Origin: Xylanibacter ruminicola 23
GTDB lineage: Bacteria; Bacteroidota; Bacteroidia; Bacteroidales; Bacteroidaceae
DNA: 32,000 nucleotides
Assembly: GCF_000025925.1 (NCBI RefSeq)
Contig: NC_014033.1
Span: forward strand, 270,001 to 302,000
Direction: 5' to 3'
Shown: in pieces, positions 15,283 through 22,382 of the stretch
Position numbering within the stretch: position 1 is the first letter of the stretch
How the letters are laid out: every line of letters begins with the position of its first letter
Program-made: the position numbers and the translations under genes
The notes under the pieces: model-generated
Told to the model about the DNA's origin: nothing
What the model saw: only the letters and a program-made list of their open reading frames with translations
Databases searched by the model: none

Positions 15283-16268
15283 TCTTCGTCGGATTCGATC
15301 AGATAGTCAACCATGCTGGTTTCCAAACGTGCTCTGGAAATGCCGCGTGGTACGCTCTTAAGATAAATGTGGCATTTTTCCTGCGGGTGGTCCTTAATCT
15401 CGTTGTAGTCGGCCACTACGTAGAAGTCGGTTGGCTTAAGATTTCGGTACACACTAACACCCGTTACGAATGTTACGTTTACGCGCGATGGGAATGTGCG
15501 GATAGATTTGCCCTTAGGCAGATTGATGGCCTTGATGGGTACACCCTCGATGCTCTCCTCGGTAAGTACGTCGGTGCAGAAGGTTACACGCACATGGTCG
15601 GGTATCATCTTTACGCCCTTAATCTTGGCCAGTTCGCAGTTAGCACGCAGCGTATCGCGGAAGTTGGCGTAGTTAAGCTGCTCGGTGTAAACCACGTTGA
15701 TGCTATCCAGCTTTTCGGGCGAAGCGTAGATGGTAACGCTATCGGGACTGTAAGCCACACGCGAAATAAAGAACAGCTCCTCGGGAATTACACGTCCGCT
15801 CCAGCGTACGGGCACCGTTTTCTTGTCGCCGTAGTTGTAATAGAACTCCAGCTTCTCGGGTTTCATGGCCGTGATGCGCGATCCGTTGGCCAGCTGCTGG
15901 TAAACCAGCTTCTGCAGCTCCTGCTGTGTAATCACACCAGTACCGTTGCCGTGCGAGTAGTTCTTAAAGTTCACATTTACCTTACGCAGTATGTCGCCAT
16001 ACATATAAGTAAGGAGTGTGATGCCCTTGTCGCGGATGGTTACGCGCACCGTGTCGGTCTCGTCGCTGGTAAGCACGGCATTCTTCGGAATACCTACTAC
16101 CGACACGGGGATGGCAAACTCGCGCTCGTACACCTCGTTAAGTGTGGTTTGCAGCCAGAAGATGCCCGAAAGTGCCAGGAAGAACACAAAAATCAGCAGC
16201 TCCTTATTAGTTTTGCTAAAAAGGAGCTTGTGCAGAAATCGTGCAATGCTTCCCAGATAATTCTTCAT
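15279..16268 (-). CDS. YbbR/CdaR-like domain protein with N-terminal TM segment
   Basis: 329 aa with one TM helix (LLIFVFFLALSGIFWL) and repeated beta-rich YbbR-like segments. It sits between yajC and coaE, as is typical in Bacteroidota. Confidence 0.7.
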   Translation of the reverse strand: MKNYLGSIARFLHKLLFSKTNKELLIFVFFLALSGIFWLQTTLNEVYEREFAIPVSVVGIPKNAVLTSDETDTVRVTIRDKGITLLTYMYGDILRKVNVNFKNYSHGNGTGVITQQELQKLVYQQLANGSRITAMKPEKLEFYYNYGDKKTVPVRWSGRVIPEELFFISRVAYSPDSVTIYASPEKLDSINVVYTEQLNYANFRDTLRANCELAKIKGVKMIPDHVRVTFCTDVLTEESIEGVPIKAINLPKGKSIRTFPSRVNVTFVTGVSVYRNLKPTDFYVVADYNEIKDHPQEKCHIYLKSVPRGISRARLETSMVDYLIESDEE

Positions 16269-16589
16269 TTACTTGCTCTGCAGAGTGCTTGCCATATCTT
16301 TGTAAACCGATGTCTTCTCGACGGTAACAACCACGTCGCGAGCAATCTTGATGTCGACTGTGTTCTTAGCCAGGTCGATGCTCTTAACTGTGCCGTGGAT
16401 ACCACCACCGGTAACTACCTCGGTACCTTCCGTAAGTTCGTTCTGGAACTTCTGGATTTCCTTCTGTTTCTTCTGCTGTGGGCGGATCATGAAGAACCAC
16501 ATGATGGCGAATACAGCCACCATCATGATAATCATGCTCATACCGCTACCGTTCTGTGCTGCCTGTGCAGCGAGTACAAAATTAGTCAT
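16269..16589 (-). CDS. yajC: Preprotein translocase subunit YajC
   Basis: 106 aa: MWFFMIRPQQKKQKE...GGIHGTV. Confidence 0.9.
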   Translation of the reverse strand: MTNFVLAAQAAQNGSGMSMIIMMVAVFAIMWFFMIRPQQKKQKEIQKFQNELTEGTEVVTGGGIHGTVKSIDLAKNTVDIKIARDVVVTVEKTSVYKDMASTLQSK

Positions 16590-17568
16590 GTTTCTTTGTT
16601 ATAATTTGTTTTTTGGGTTTATATTCTCTCTCCTTCTTAGGTTCGATGAACTTAGCCAGGCGGCCGCTCTCAACCAGGTTGCGGGCGATACCATCCAGCA
16701 TACCGTTGATGTAGCCGGCACTCTTTGGGGTAGAGTAGAACTTGGCAATCTCAACATACTCGTTGATGGTTACGCTGATGGGCACGTTGGGCAGGGTCAT
16801 CATCTCGGCGATGGCAATCTGCATCAGGATGATATCCATGTAAGCCAGACGTGAGAAATCCCAGTTACGCGAAGCCTCGCTCATGTAGCGCTGGTACTCG
16901 TCGGCATTCATGATAGCTGCACGGAACACCTTGCGCGCAAAGTCCTTCTCCTCCTCGCTGTCCCACTCGGGCAACAAATCCTGCTTGGGGCCGTTAGCCT
17001 CGTCGAAACGCTTGATGGTCTTCAGTACAAATGTATCAACGATGGTCTTGTCGTCGTTCCAGTACAGGCTCTGGTCCTCCAGGATAGCGTCGAGCTCGTC
17101 GTTGTCCTGAATCAGGGTGCGATATATCTTGCGCCAGAATTCGCGGTCCACATCGTAGTTATCCTCGGGGTTATTCATGTAATCCTGATAAACCTCGCTC
17201 TGCTCAATCTTCTCGAGCAGCGATGCTACAAATGCGGCATTCTCGTCCCAACCGCTCTTCTGGGTGCTGACAAAGTCGTTAAGCTGCTTATTCTCGGCCA
17301 ACTGAATGGCAAAACGGTTCAATACAAAACGCTGCGATGGCTCGGGTGTGCCTTCACGCTTGGCACGCTGTACCATCACCTCCATACGGCGGCTTGCTTC
17401 TTTATTTACGGCCACCATCAGGGCCAGCATGTAGTTGTAGAGGTCATAAGCTTTCGAGAGACTGAAAAATAACTCTTTTTCAGCCGTGTCGATGTTCTTG
17501 TTACCGTTTTGATAGTAGGCGTAGGTTAACTGAACAATCTTAATTCTGATAATTTCTCTGTTAATCAT
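16582..17568 (-). CDS. nusB: Transcription antitermination factor NusB (long Bacteroidota form)
   Basis: 328 aa, REIIRIKIVQLTYAY N-terminus. The C-terminal NusB fold has AIAEMMTLPNVPISVTINEYVEIAKFY...GYINGMLD. It overlaps yajC by 8 nt. Confidence 0.85.
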   Translation of the reverse strand: MINREIIRIKIVQLTYAYYQNGNKNIDTAEKELFFSLSKAYDLYNYMLALMVAVNKEASRRMEVMVQRAKREGTPEPSQRFVLNRFAIQLAENKQLNDFVSTQKSGWDENAAFVASLLEKIEQSEVYQDYMNNPEDNYDVDREFWRKIYRTLIQDNDELDAILEDQSLYWNDDKTIVDTFVLKTIKRFDEANGPKQDLLPEWDSEEEKDFARKVFRAAIMNADEYQRYMSEASRNWDFSRLAYMDIILMQIAIAEMMTLPNVPISVTINEYVEIAKFYSTPKSAGYINGMLDGIARNLVESGRLAKFIEPKKEREYKPKKQIITKKHD

Positions 17569-17631
17569 CTCACTTGATGTTTTTTATTATTATACCTATT
17601 ATATATATAAACTTTTCGTTTAAATCGGCTG

Positions 17632-17639
17632 CAAAATTA
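17632..17639 (-). promoter_or_regulatory. -7 box candidate for the nusB-yajC-ybbR-coaE operon
   Basis: The minus strand reads TAATTTTG, about 63 nt upstream of the nusB ATG. Confidence 0.4.
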
Positions 17640-17698
17640 GTAAAAAAGGTCGGAATAAGCAAGAAAAATACAGAAAATTGAGGTTTTTTAGCCAAATA

Positions 17699-17730
17699 TT
17701 TGGTTGGTATCAAAAAAAGTAGTACCTTTG
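17699..17730 (+). promoter_or_regulatory. Promoter candidate for the rplY-pth-hsp15 operon
   Basis: -33 TTTG (17699-17702), 20-nt spacer, -7 TACCTTTG (17723-17730), then a leader of about 89 nt. Confidence 0.55.
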
Positions 17731-17819
17731 CACCGCTTTTTCGGCTTCGTGCCGAGATTCGTGTGATGGCGAATTAAGCAAAACGTAAATTTTTAAACTT
17801 AATTTAGAGTAACACATTT

Positions 17820-18416
17820 ATGAAAGAAATTAGCGTAAGTGGCCAGAAGCGTGCCACAACTGGTAAGAAGGCCAGCAAGGAAATGCGTAAGGAGGGTCTT
17901 GTACCTTGTAACATGTACGGTGAGGCAAAGGGTGAGAACGGTCTGCCCGTATCACTGTCATTTGCTATTCCTGCTTCACAGCTCCGTCGTGTTGTTTATT
18001 CACCCGATGTTTATGTTGTAAACCTGACTATCGATGGTGAGGCTCACAAGGCTGTAATGAAGGAGCTCCAGTTCCACCCAACAACAGATGCTCTGCTGCA
18101 CGTTGACTTCTATGAGGTAAACGAGGAGAAGCCAATCACAATTGGTATCCCTGTTAAGCTCGTTGGTCACGCTCAGGGTGTACGTGATGGTGGTCGTCTG
18201 AGCCAGGCTGTTCGCACACTGAACGTAACAGCTCCTTACAAGCAGATTCCTGAGGTTCTGAATGTAGACGTTACAGAGCTCAAGCTCGGTAAGGCTATCA
18301 AGGTAGCTGAGCTGAACTTCGATGGTCTGCAGATCGCTACTCCTGCTCAGGTTGTAGTATGCTCAGTTAAGGCTACACGTGCTTCTCGTTCTGCAGCTGC
18401 CCAGGCTGCTGAGTAA
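17820..18416 (+). CDS. rplY: 50S ribosomal protein L25 / Ctc
   Basis: 198 aa: [24 protein letters not shown], Ala-rich C-terminus. Confidence 0.95.
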   Translation: MKEISVSGQKRATTGKKASKEMRKEGLVPCNMYGEAKGENGLPVSLSFAIPASQLRRVVYSPDVYVVNLTIDGEAHKAVMKELQFHPTTDALLHVDFYEVNEEKPITIGIPVKLVGHAQGVRDGGRLSQAVRTLNVTAPYKQIPEVLNVDVTELKLGKAIKVAELNFDGLQIATPAQVVVCSVKATRASRSAAAQAAE

Positions 18417-18436
18417 TTTATCTAATTCGTTTGCGA

Positions 18437-19009
18437 ATGGATAAGTACTTGATTGTTGGACTGGGAAATATCGGCGACGAGTACGAGAACACCCGCCACA
18501 ATACAGGCTTTATGGTATTGGATGCTTTTGCTAAGGCATCCAATATTCATTTTGATGATAAGCGCTATGGTTTTGTGGCCGAAACATCGCTGAAGGGCCG
18601 TAAAGTTATCCTGCTCAAACCATCCACCTACATGAACCTGAGCGGTAACGCCGTTCGTTACTGGTTGAACAAGGAAAATATCGAACAGAGCCGACTGCTG
18701 GTTATCAGCGATGATGTGGCGCTCCCGTTGGGTGCTTTTCGTCTGAAGTCCAGTGGCTCGAACGGAGGTCATAATGGTCTCGGACATATTCAGCAGCTCA
18801 TCGGTCAGAACTATGCCCGTCTGCGTATGGGTATCGGCAATGATTTTCCGCGCGGCATGCAAGTGGATTGGGTGCTCGGCAAGTACGACGAGGAGGATAT
18901 GAAAACCCTCGCACCAAGCATCGATACTGCTTGCGAAATTATCAAGAGCTTTGTATTGGCTGGTATTGATATTACTATGAACCAGTTTAACAAACTGGGC
19001 AAGAAATAG
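18437..19009 (+). CDS. pth: Peptidyl-tRNA hydrolase
   Basis: [30 protein letters not shown]. The ORF-track start at 18431 is a TTG two codons upstream; the ATG at 18437 is preferred. Confidence 0.95.
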   Translation: MDKYLIVGLGNIGDEYENTRHNTGFMVLDAFAKASNIHFDDKRYGFVAETSLKGRKVILLKPSTYMNLSGNAVRYWLNKENIEQSRLLVISDDVALPLGAFRLKSSGSNGGHNGLGHIQQLIGQNYARLRMGIGNDFPRGMQVDWVLGKYDEEDMKTLAPSIDTACEIIKSFVLAGIDITMNQFNKLGKK

Positions 19010-19012
19010 TTT

Positions 19013-19393
19013 ATGGAAGAAGCAAGAATTGACAAGTGGCTTTGGGCATCGCGTATCTTTAAGACCCGCTCTATTGCAGCCGATGCTTGTAAGAACGGTC
19101 GCGTTACCATCGGTGGGGTGAACGTAAAACCCTCGCGTATGGTAAAGGTAGGCGAGACTGTAAGCGTGCGCAAACCGCCCATTACCTACTCGTTCCGTAT
19201 TCTGAAGACTATCGAACAGCGTGTAGGAGCAAAACTCCTGCCCGAAATCTACGAGAATGTGACGGCTCCCGAGCAGTACGAACTGCTGGAGATGACGCGT
19301 ATCAGTGGTTTCGTTGATCGTGCCCGTGGTACCGGTCGTCCCACCAAGAAGGATCGTCGCAGTCTGGATGCATTTATCAGCGACATGGAATAA
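19013..19393 (+). CDS. S4-domain RNA-binding protein (Hsp15/HslR-like ribosome-recycling factor)
   Basis: RIDKWLWASRIFKTRSIAADACKNGRVTIGG. It lies 3 nt after pth. Confidence 0.85.
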   Translation: MEEARIDKWLWASRIFKTRSIAADACKNGRVTIGGVNVKPSRMVKVGETVSVRKPPITYSFRILKTIEQRVGAKLLPEIYENVTAPEQYELLEMTRISGFVDRARGTGRPTKKDRRSLDAFISDME

Positions 19394-19407
19394 AAACCGA
19401 GAAAACT

Positions 19408-20400
19408 ATGACATTATTTAACATCGGACTGATCGTCGTAGGTATCATCCTCGTTATCTGGGGAGCCGATCGTATGACGGATGGAGCCTCAAAGCTGGCC
19501 CGCGACATGCGTGTGCCCGAAATCGTGATAGGTCTTACCATTGTAGCTGCCGGCACTTCGGCGCCCGAGTTGTTTGTGAGTCTGATGTCGGCCCTGAAGG
19601 GTACACCCGATCTGGCCGTAGGTAATGTGATAGGTTCTAACATCTTCAACACCCTGCTCATTGTGGGTTGTTCGGCTGCAGTAGCACCAATCGCTGTGGC
19701 ACCCAACACGGTTAAGAAGGATATCCCCTTTGCCATAGGTGCTTCGTTGCTGCTCTTTATGCTGTGTGCCGACGATATGGGCTCGGTACACCTGTGGGGT
19801 AACGAAATCAGTCGTTCGGATGGTATCATCCTGCTCATCGGCTTTGTGGCCTTTATGGTTTACACCTTCCAGATGGCTGCAAAAGATGGAAAGTTGGATT
19901 TCCTTGACGAGGAGCTGGGTGTGGAGCGCGAAAAGCCCAAGAAGGATTATACGCACCTGTGGCGTAACCTGTTCTGGATTGGTCTCGGACTGGGCTGCTT
20001 AATCGTGGGCAGTCATATCTTTGTAAACGGTGCTACTTATGTGGCTTATCGTTTCGGTATCCGTCAGAGTGTGGTAGGTCTTACCATCGTGGCTGGCGGT
20101 ACGTCGCTACCCGAGTTGGCTACCAGCGTGGTGGCTGCTTACAAGGGTCGTTCGGCCATGGCTATCGGAAATGTCATCGGCTCGAATGTGTTTAACATTC
20201 TGCTTATTCTCGGCATCACTTCGGTGGTTCACCCCATGCGCATTATGGGTATCACCATCGTCGACCTGATGATGATGCTGATTAGTATTGGACTGATGTG
20301 GATATTCGCAATCACCAAGTATTTTGTATCGCGCCGCGAGGGATGGGTACTGATACTTACCTTTATGGGTTACATGGGTTGGTTGCTGTATCTGTTGTAA
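19408..20400 (+). CDS. CaCA-family Ca2+/Na+ antiporter (YrbG-like)
   Basis: Two alpha-repeats, GTSAPELFVSL...GNVIGSNIFN and GTSLPELATSV...GNVIGSNVFN. Confidence 0.9.
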   Translation: MTLFNIGLIVVGIILVIWGADRMTDGASKLARDMRVPEIVIGLTIVAAGTSAPELFVSLMSALKGTPDLAVGNVIGSNIFNTLLIVGCSAAVAPIAVAPNTVKKDIPFAIGASLLLFMLCADDMGSVHLWGNEISRSDGIILLIGFVAFMVYTFQMAAKDGKLDFLDEELGVEREKPKKDYTHLWRNLFWIGLGLGCLIVGSHIFVNGATYVAYRFGIRQSVVGLTIVAGGTSLPELATSVVAAYKGRSAMAIGNVIGSNVFNILLILGITSVVHPMRIMGITIVDLMMMLISIGLMWIFAITKYFVSRREGWVLILTFMGYMGWLLYLL

Positions 20401-20407
20401 TGGATAA

Positions 20408-20442
20408 CAGGGGTACTTGAACACCCCCTTTAAAAAAACAAG
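20408..20442 (+). promoter_or_regulatory. preQ1-I riboswitch candidate (H-type pseudoknot aptamer) controlling yhhQ-queF
   Basis: P1 is AGGGG (20409-20413) paired with CCCCU (20425-20429). The loop is UACUUGAACAC, with an unpaired C20424 just before the P1 3' strand. An A-tract UUUAAAAAAA follows. Loop CUUG (20416-20419) is complementary to tail CAAG (20439-20442), forming P2. The layout is near-identical to the B. subtilis queC aptamer as I recall it (AGAGGUUCUAGCUACACCCUCUAUAAAAAACUAAGG), with compensatory P2 changes. It sits 4 nt upstream of the ATG of a queuosine-precursor transporter, followed by queF. Confidence 0.75.
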
Positions 20443-20446
20443 AAAT

Positions 20447-21142
20447 ATGGAAAAATTAAAAGACAATCAGAGGATCAGTGTGCTGTTTATGTTTTACGGC
20501 ATACTGTTTTGCGTGTGCCTGATTACGGCAAACGTATTGGAGACAAAACAGATTTCGTTTGGACCTGCTAACATGACGGCTGGACTCATTGTGTTCCCCG
20601 TAAGTTACATCATCAACGATGTGGTTTGCGAGGTGTGGGGATACCGTCGTACGCGTCTGCTCATCTGGCTGGGCTTTGCCATGAACTTTATGTTTGTGGT
20701 GTTTGGTGCCATCGCCGACTGGATTCCTGGTGCCTCGTACTGGCATGGCGAGGAGGGATTCCATCAGATCTTCGGATTGGCACCTCGTATCGCCGGTGCA
20801 TCGTTCCTGGCTTTCCTGGCAGGATCGTTTATGAATGCCTACGTGATGAGTAAGATGAAGTTGAGCTCGAACGGTAAGAATTTCTCGGCCCGTGCCGTGA
20901 TGAGTACTGTCTGGGGTGAGCTTACCGACTCAATCATCTTCTTCCCCCTGGCGCTGGGTGGTGTTATCCCCTGGGAGGAGATGCCATCGCTGGTTATCAC
21001 ACAGGTAACACTGAAGACGGTTTACGAAATCATTGCACTTCCTGTAACCATCCGTGTGGTAAACTTTACCAAGAAGCACGACCACGAGGATGTGTTCGAC
21101 AAGGATGTAACGTACAACATCTTCAAGGTCAAGGAACTTTAA
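20447..21142 (+). CDS. yhhQ: Queuosine precursor transporter (YhhQ/DUF165 family)
   Basis: Multi-TM: VFPVSYIINDVVCEVWGY..., TDSIIFFPLA. Start set at the ATG at 20447 (MEKLKD). The ORF-track TTG at 20417 lies inside the riboswitch-like hairpin. Confidence 0.85.
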   Translation: MEKLKDNQRISVLFMFYGILFCVCLITANVLETKQISFGPANMTAGLIVFPVSYIINDVVCEVWGYRRTRLLIWLGFAMNFMFVVFGAIADWIPGASYWHGEEGFHQIFGLAPRIAGASFLAFLAGSFMNAYVMSKMKLSSNGKNFSARAVMSTVWGELTDSIIFFPLALGGVIPWEEMPSLVITQVTLKTVYEIIALPVTIRVVNFTKKHDHEDVFDKDVTYNIFKVKEL

Positions 21143-21219
21143 TGTTTAATGTTTCGCTCGGCTTTGCCGCTTGGCATCGCCAAGAATGTTTAATGTTTAA
21201 TCTTTAATGTTTAATGTAT
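21141..21219 (-). repeat. Double-hairpin core module flanked by AATGTTT heptamer words
   Basis: (AATGTTT)x2 - TCGCTCGGCTTTGCCGCTTGGCATCGCCAAG (21154-21184, reverse complement of the 14149-14179 core; the only differences are in one hairpin loop) - AATGTTT AATGTTT AATCTTT AATGTTT AATGTAT. It fills the whole yhhQ-queF gap. Confidence 0.9.
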
Positions 21220-21220
21220 T

Positions 21221-21682
21221 ATGAACAGAGAAGTAGAAGGTTTGCAGGCACTCGGCAAGAAGACTGAGTACAAGAGCGATTATGCACCCGAGGTGCTTGA
21301 GACGTTTATGAACAAGCATCCTGAGAATGATTACTGGGTACAGTTTAACTGTCCTGAGTTTACATCGCTGTGTCCAATCACGGGTCAGCCTGATTTTGCT
21401 GAGATCAAGATTATGTATATTCCGGGTGAGAAGATGGTTGAATCTAAGAGTTTGAAGCTCTATCTGTTCAGCTTCCGTAACCATGGTGATTTCCACGAGG
21501 ATTGTGTGAATGTGATAATGAAGGACTTGGTGCGCCTGATGGATCCCAAGTACATCGAGGTAATCGGTCTTTTCACTCCCCGTGGTGGTATCAGCATTTA
21601 CCCCTATGCCAACTACGGTCGCCCCGGCACCAAATTCGAAGCCCTCGCCGAACAAAGACTGATGAACCACACGTTTAAGTAG
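21221..21682 (+). CDS. queF: NADPH-dependent 7-cyano-7-deazaguanine (preQ0) reductase, type I
   Basis: 153 aa: [43 protein letters not shown]. Confidence 0.95.
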   Translation: MNREVEGLQALGKKTEYKSDYAPEVLETFMNKHPENDYWVQFNCPEFTSLCPITGQPDFAEIKIMYIPGEKMVESKSLKLYLFSFRNHGDFHEDCVNVIMKDLVRLMDPKYIEVIGLFTPRGGISIYPYANYGRPGTKFEALAEQRLMNHTFK

Positions 21683-21695
21683 TCCTCGCGTGGGT

Positions 21696-22225
21696 CGAAA
21701 AAGAAAGTAGTCCCAAAAACGTCCTGGCTCGGAGGCCGGATGTCCGATTATCGTAATCATTCGGAGAACTCGCTTCGCTCAAACAGCTCCTCATGTCGAT
21801 TTGCTTGTCTCGCTCACGCGATACAAGAATCGAAAATGATTCCGATAATAGTACATCCTATAAATACCTCCTCGTGCGGAATGTTTTTGGGATTACTTTC
21901 TTTTTCTCTAATTTCTTTGTCCTCGCACTTCTTCGTTGGGATAAAACGTTCGAAAACATTCTTGGCTGTGCCAAGCGCTTCGCGATTACCGCACTTCGCG
22001 CTCCATGTTTCCTCACTCACTGCGTTCGTTCGAAAACATTCCGCATGAGGAGGTCTTTAGAGGAATGCAAATTCTTTGAATCAACATTGAGTCTCTGATT
22101 GCGGAACGCAATCTGAGCAACGAAATACGAAAAGCTGTTTGAGCGGAGCGAGTTCTTTGAGTGATTTGAAGAATTTGTGTTCCGGCCTCCGAGCTCAGGA
22201 CGTTTTCGCACCTTTCTTTGTTTCG
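21696..22225. repeat. Imperfect foldback / long inverted repeat of about 530 bp (MITE-like)
   Basis: Paired blocks share the constant coordinate sum 43920-43921. 21715-21740 pairs with 22181-22206 (one mismatch in 26). 21765-21788 pairs with 22133-22156 (23/24). 21867-21887 pairs with 22033-22053 (20/21). 21696-21707 pairs with 22212-22225 (2-nt indel). The central part from about 21888 to 22032 is unpaired and contains CTTGGCTGTGCCAAGCG. Confidence 0.85.
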
Positions 22226-22247
22226 TTTCTTTCGGTGACGAAAGAAA
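22226..22247. repeat. Perfect 9-bp hairpin with GTGA loop
   Basis: TTTCTTTCG-GTGA-CGAAAGAAA, immediately abutting the right end of the foldback. There is no U-tract on either strand. Confidence 0.8.
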
Positions 22248-22317
22248 TGAAAATCTTCTGCATACTTAATAAAGAAAAGCCTATGCCACTACTAAAAATT
22301 ATAAAATTTGTAGGATA

Positions 22318-22351
22318 TTTGCCGCTATGTGCAGAAAAAGTGCTATATTTG
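22318..22351 (+). promoter_or_regulatory. Promoter candidate for the OadA-like gene
   Basis: -33 TTTG (22318-22321), 22-nt spacer, -7 TATATTTG (22344-22351), 31 nt to the ATG. Confidence 0.45.
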
Positions 22352-22382
22352 CATTCAAATTTCGAAAATAAGCTTATAAAAT

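Noticed and set aside
20409-20431. The GGGG...CCCC hairpin after the antiporter gene as a simple intrinsic terminator
   Set aside because: Only three U residues follow the stem before a run of A. The loop/tail complementarity (CUUG/CAAG), the A-tract and the queuosine gene context fit a preQ1-I aptamer much better. A dual role is still possible.
21143-21220. A second preQ1 riboswitch directly upstream of queF
   Set aside because: The gap is fully occupied by the heptamer-word/core-module repeat. There is no P1/A-tract/P2 arrangement.
21715-22206. Invertible promoter segment (phase-variation switch) bounded by the 26-nt inverted repeats
   Set aside because: I found no TAnnTTTG box on either strand between the repeats. 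No recombinase gene lies in the window. The inverted symmetry extends through much of the segment rather than only its ends. It cannot be fully excluded, because trans-acting invertases exist.
22226-22247. Perfect 9-bp GTGA-loop hairpin as a terminator
   Set aside because: No U-tract follows it on either strand, and it lies upstream of the promoter box of the next gene. It is treated as part of the repeat landscape.
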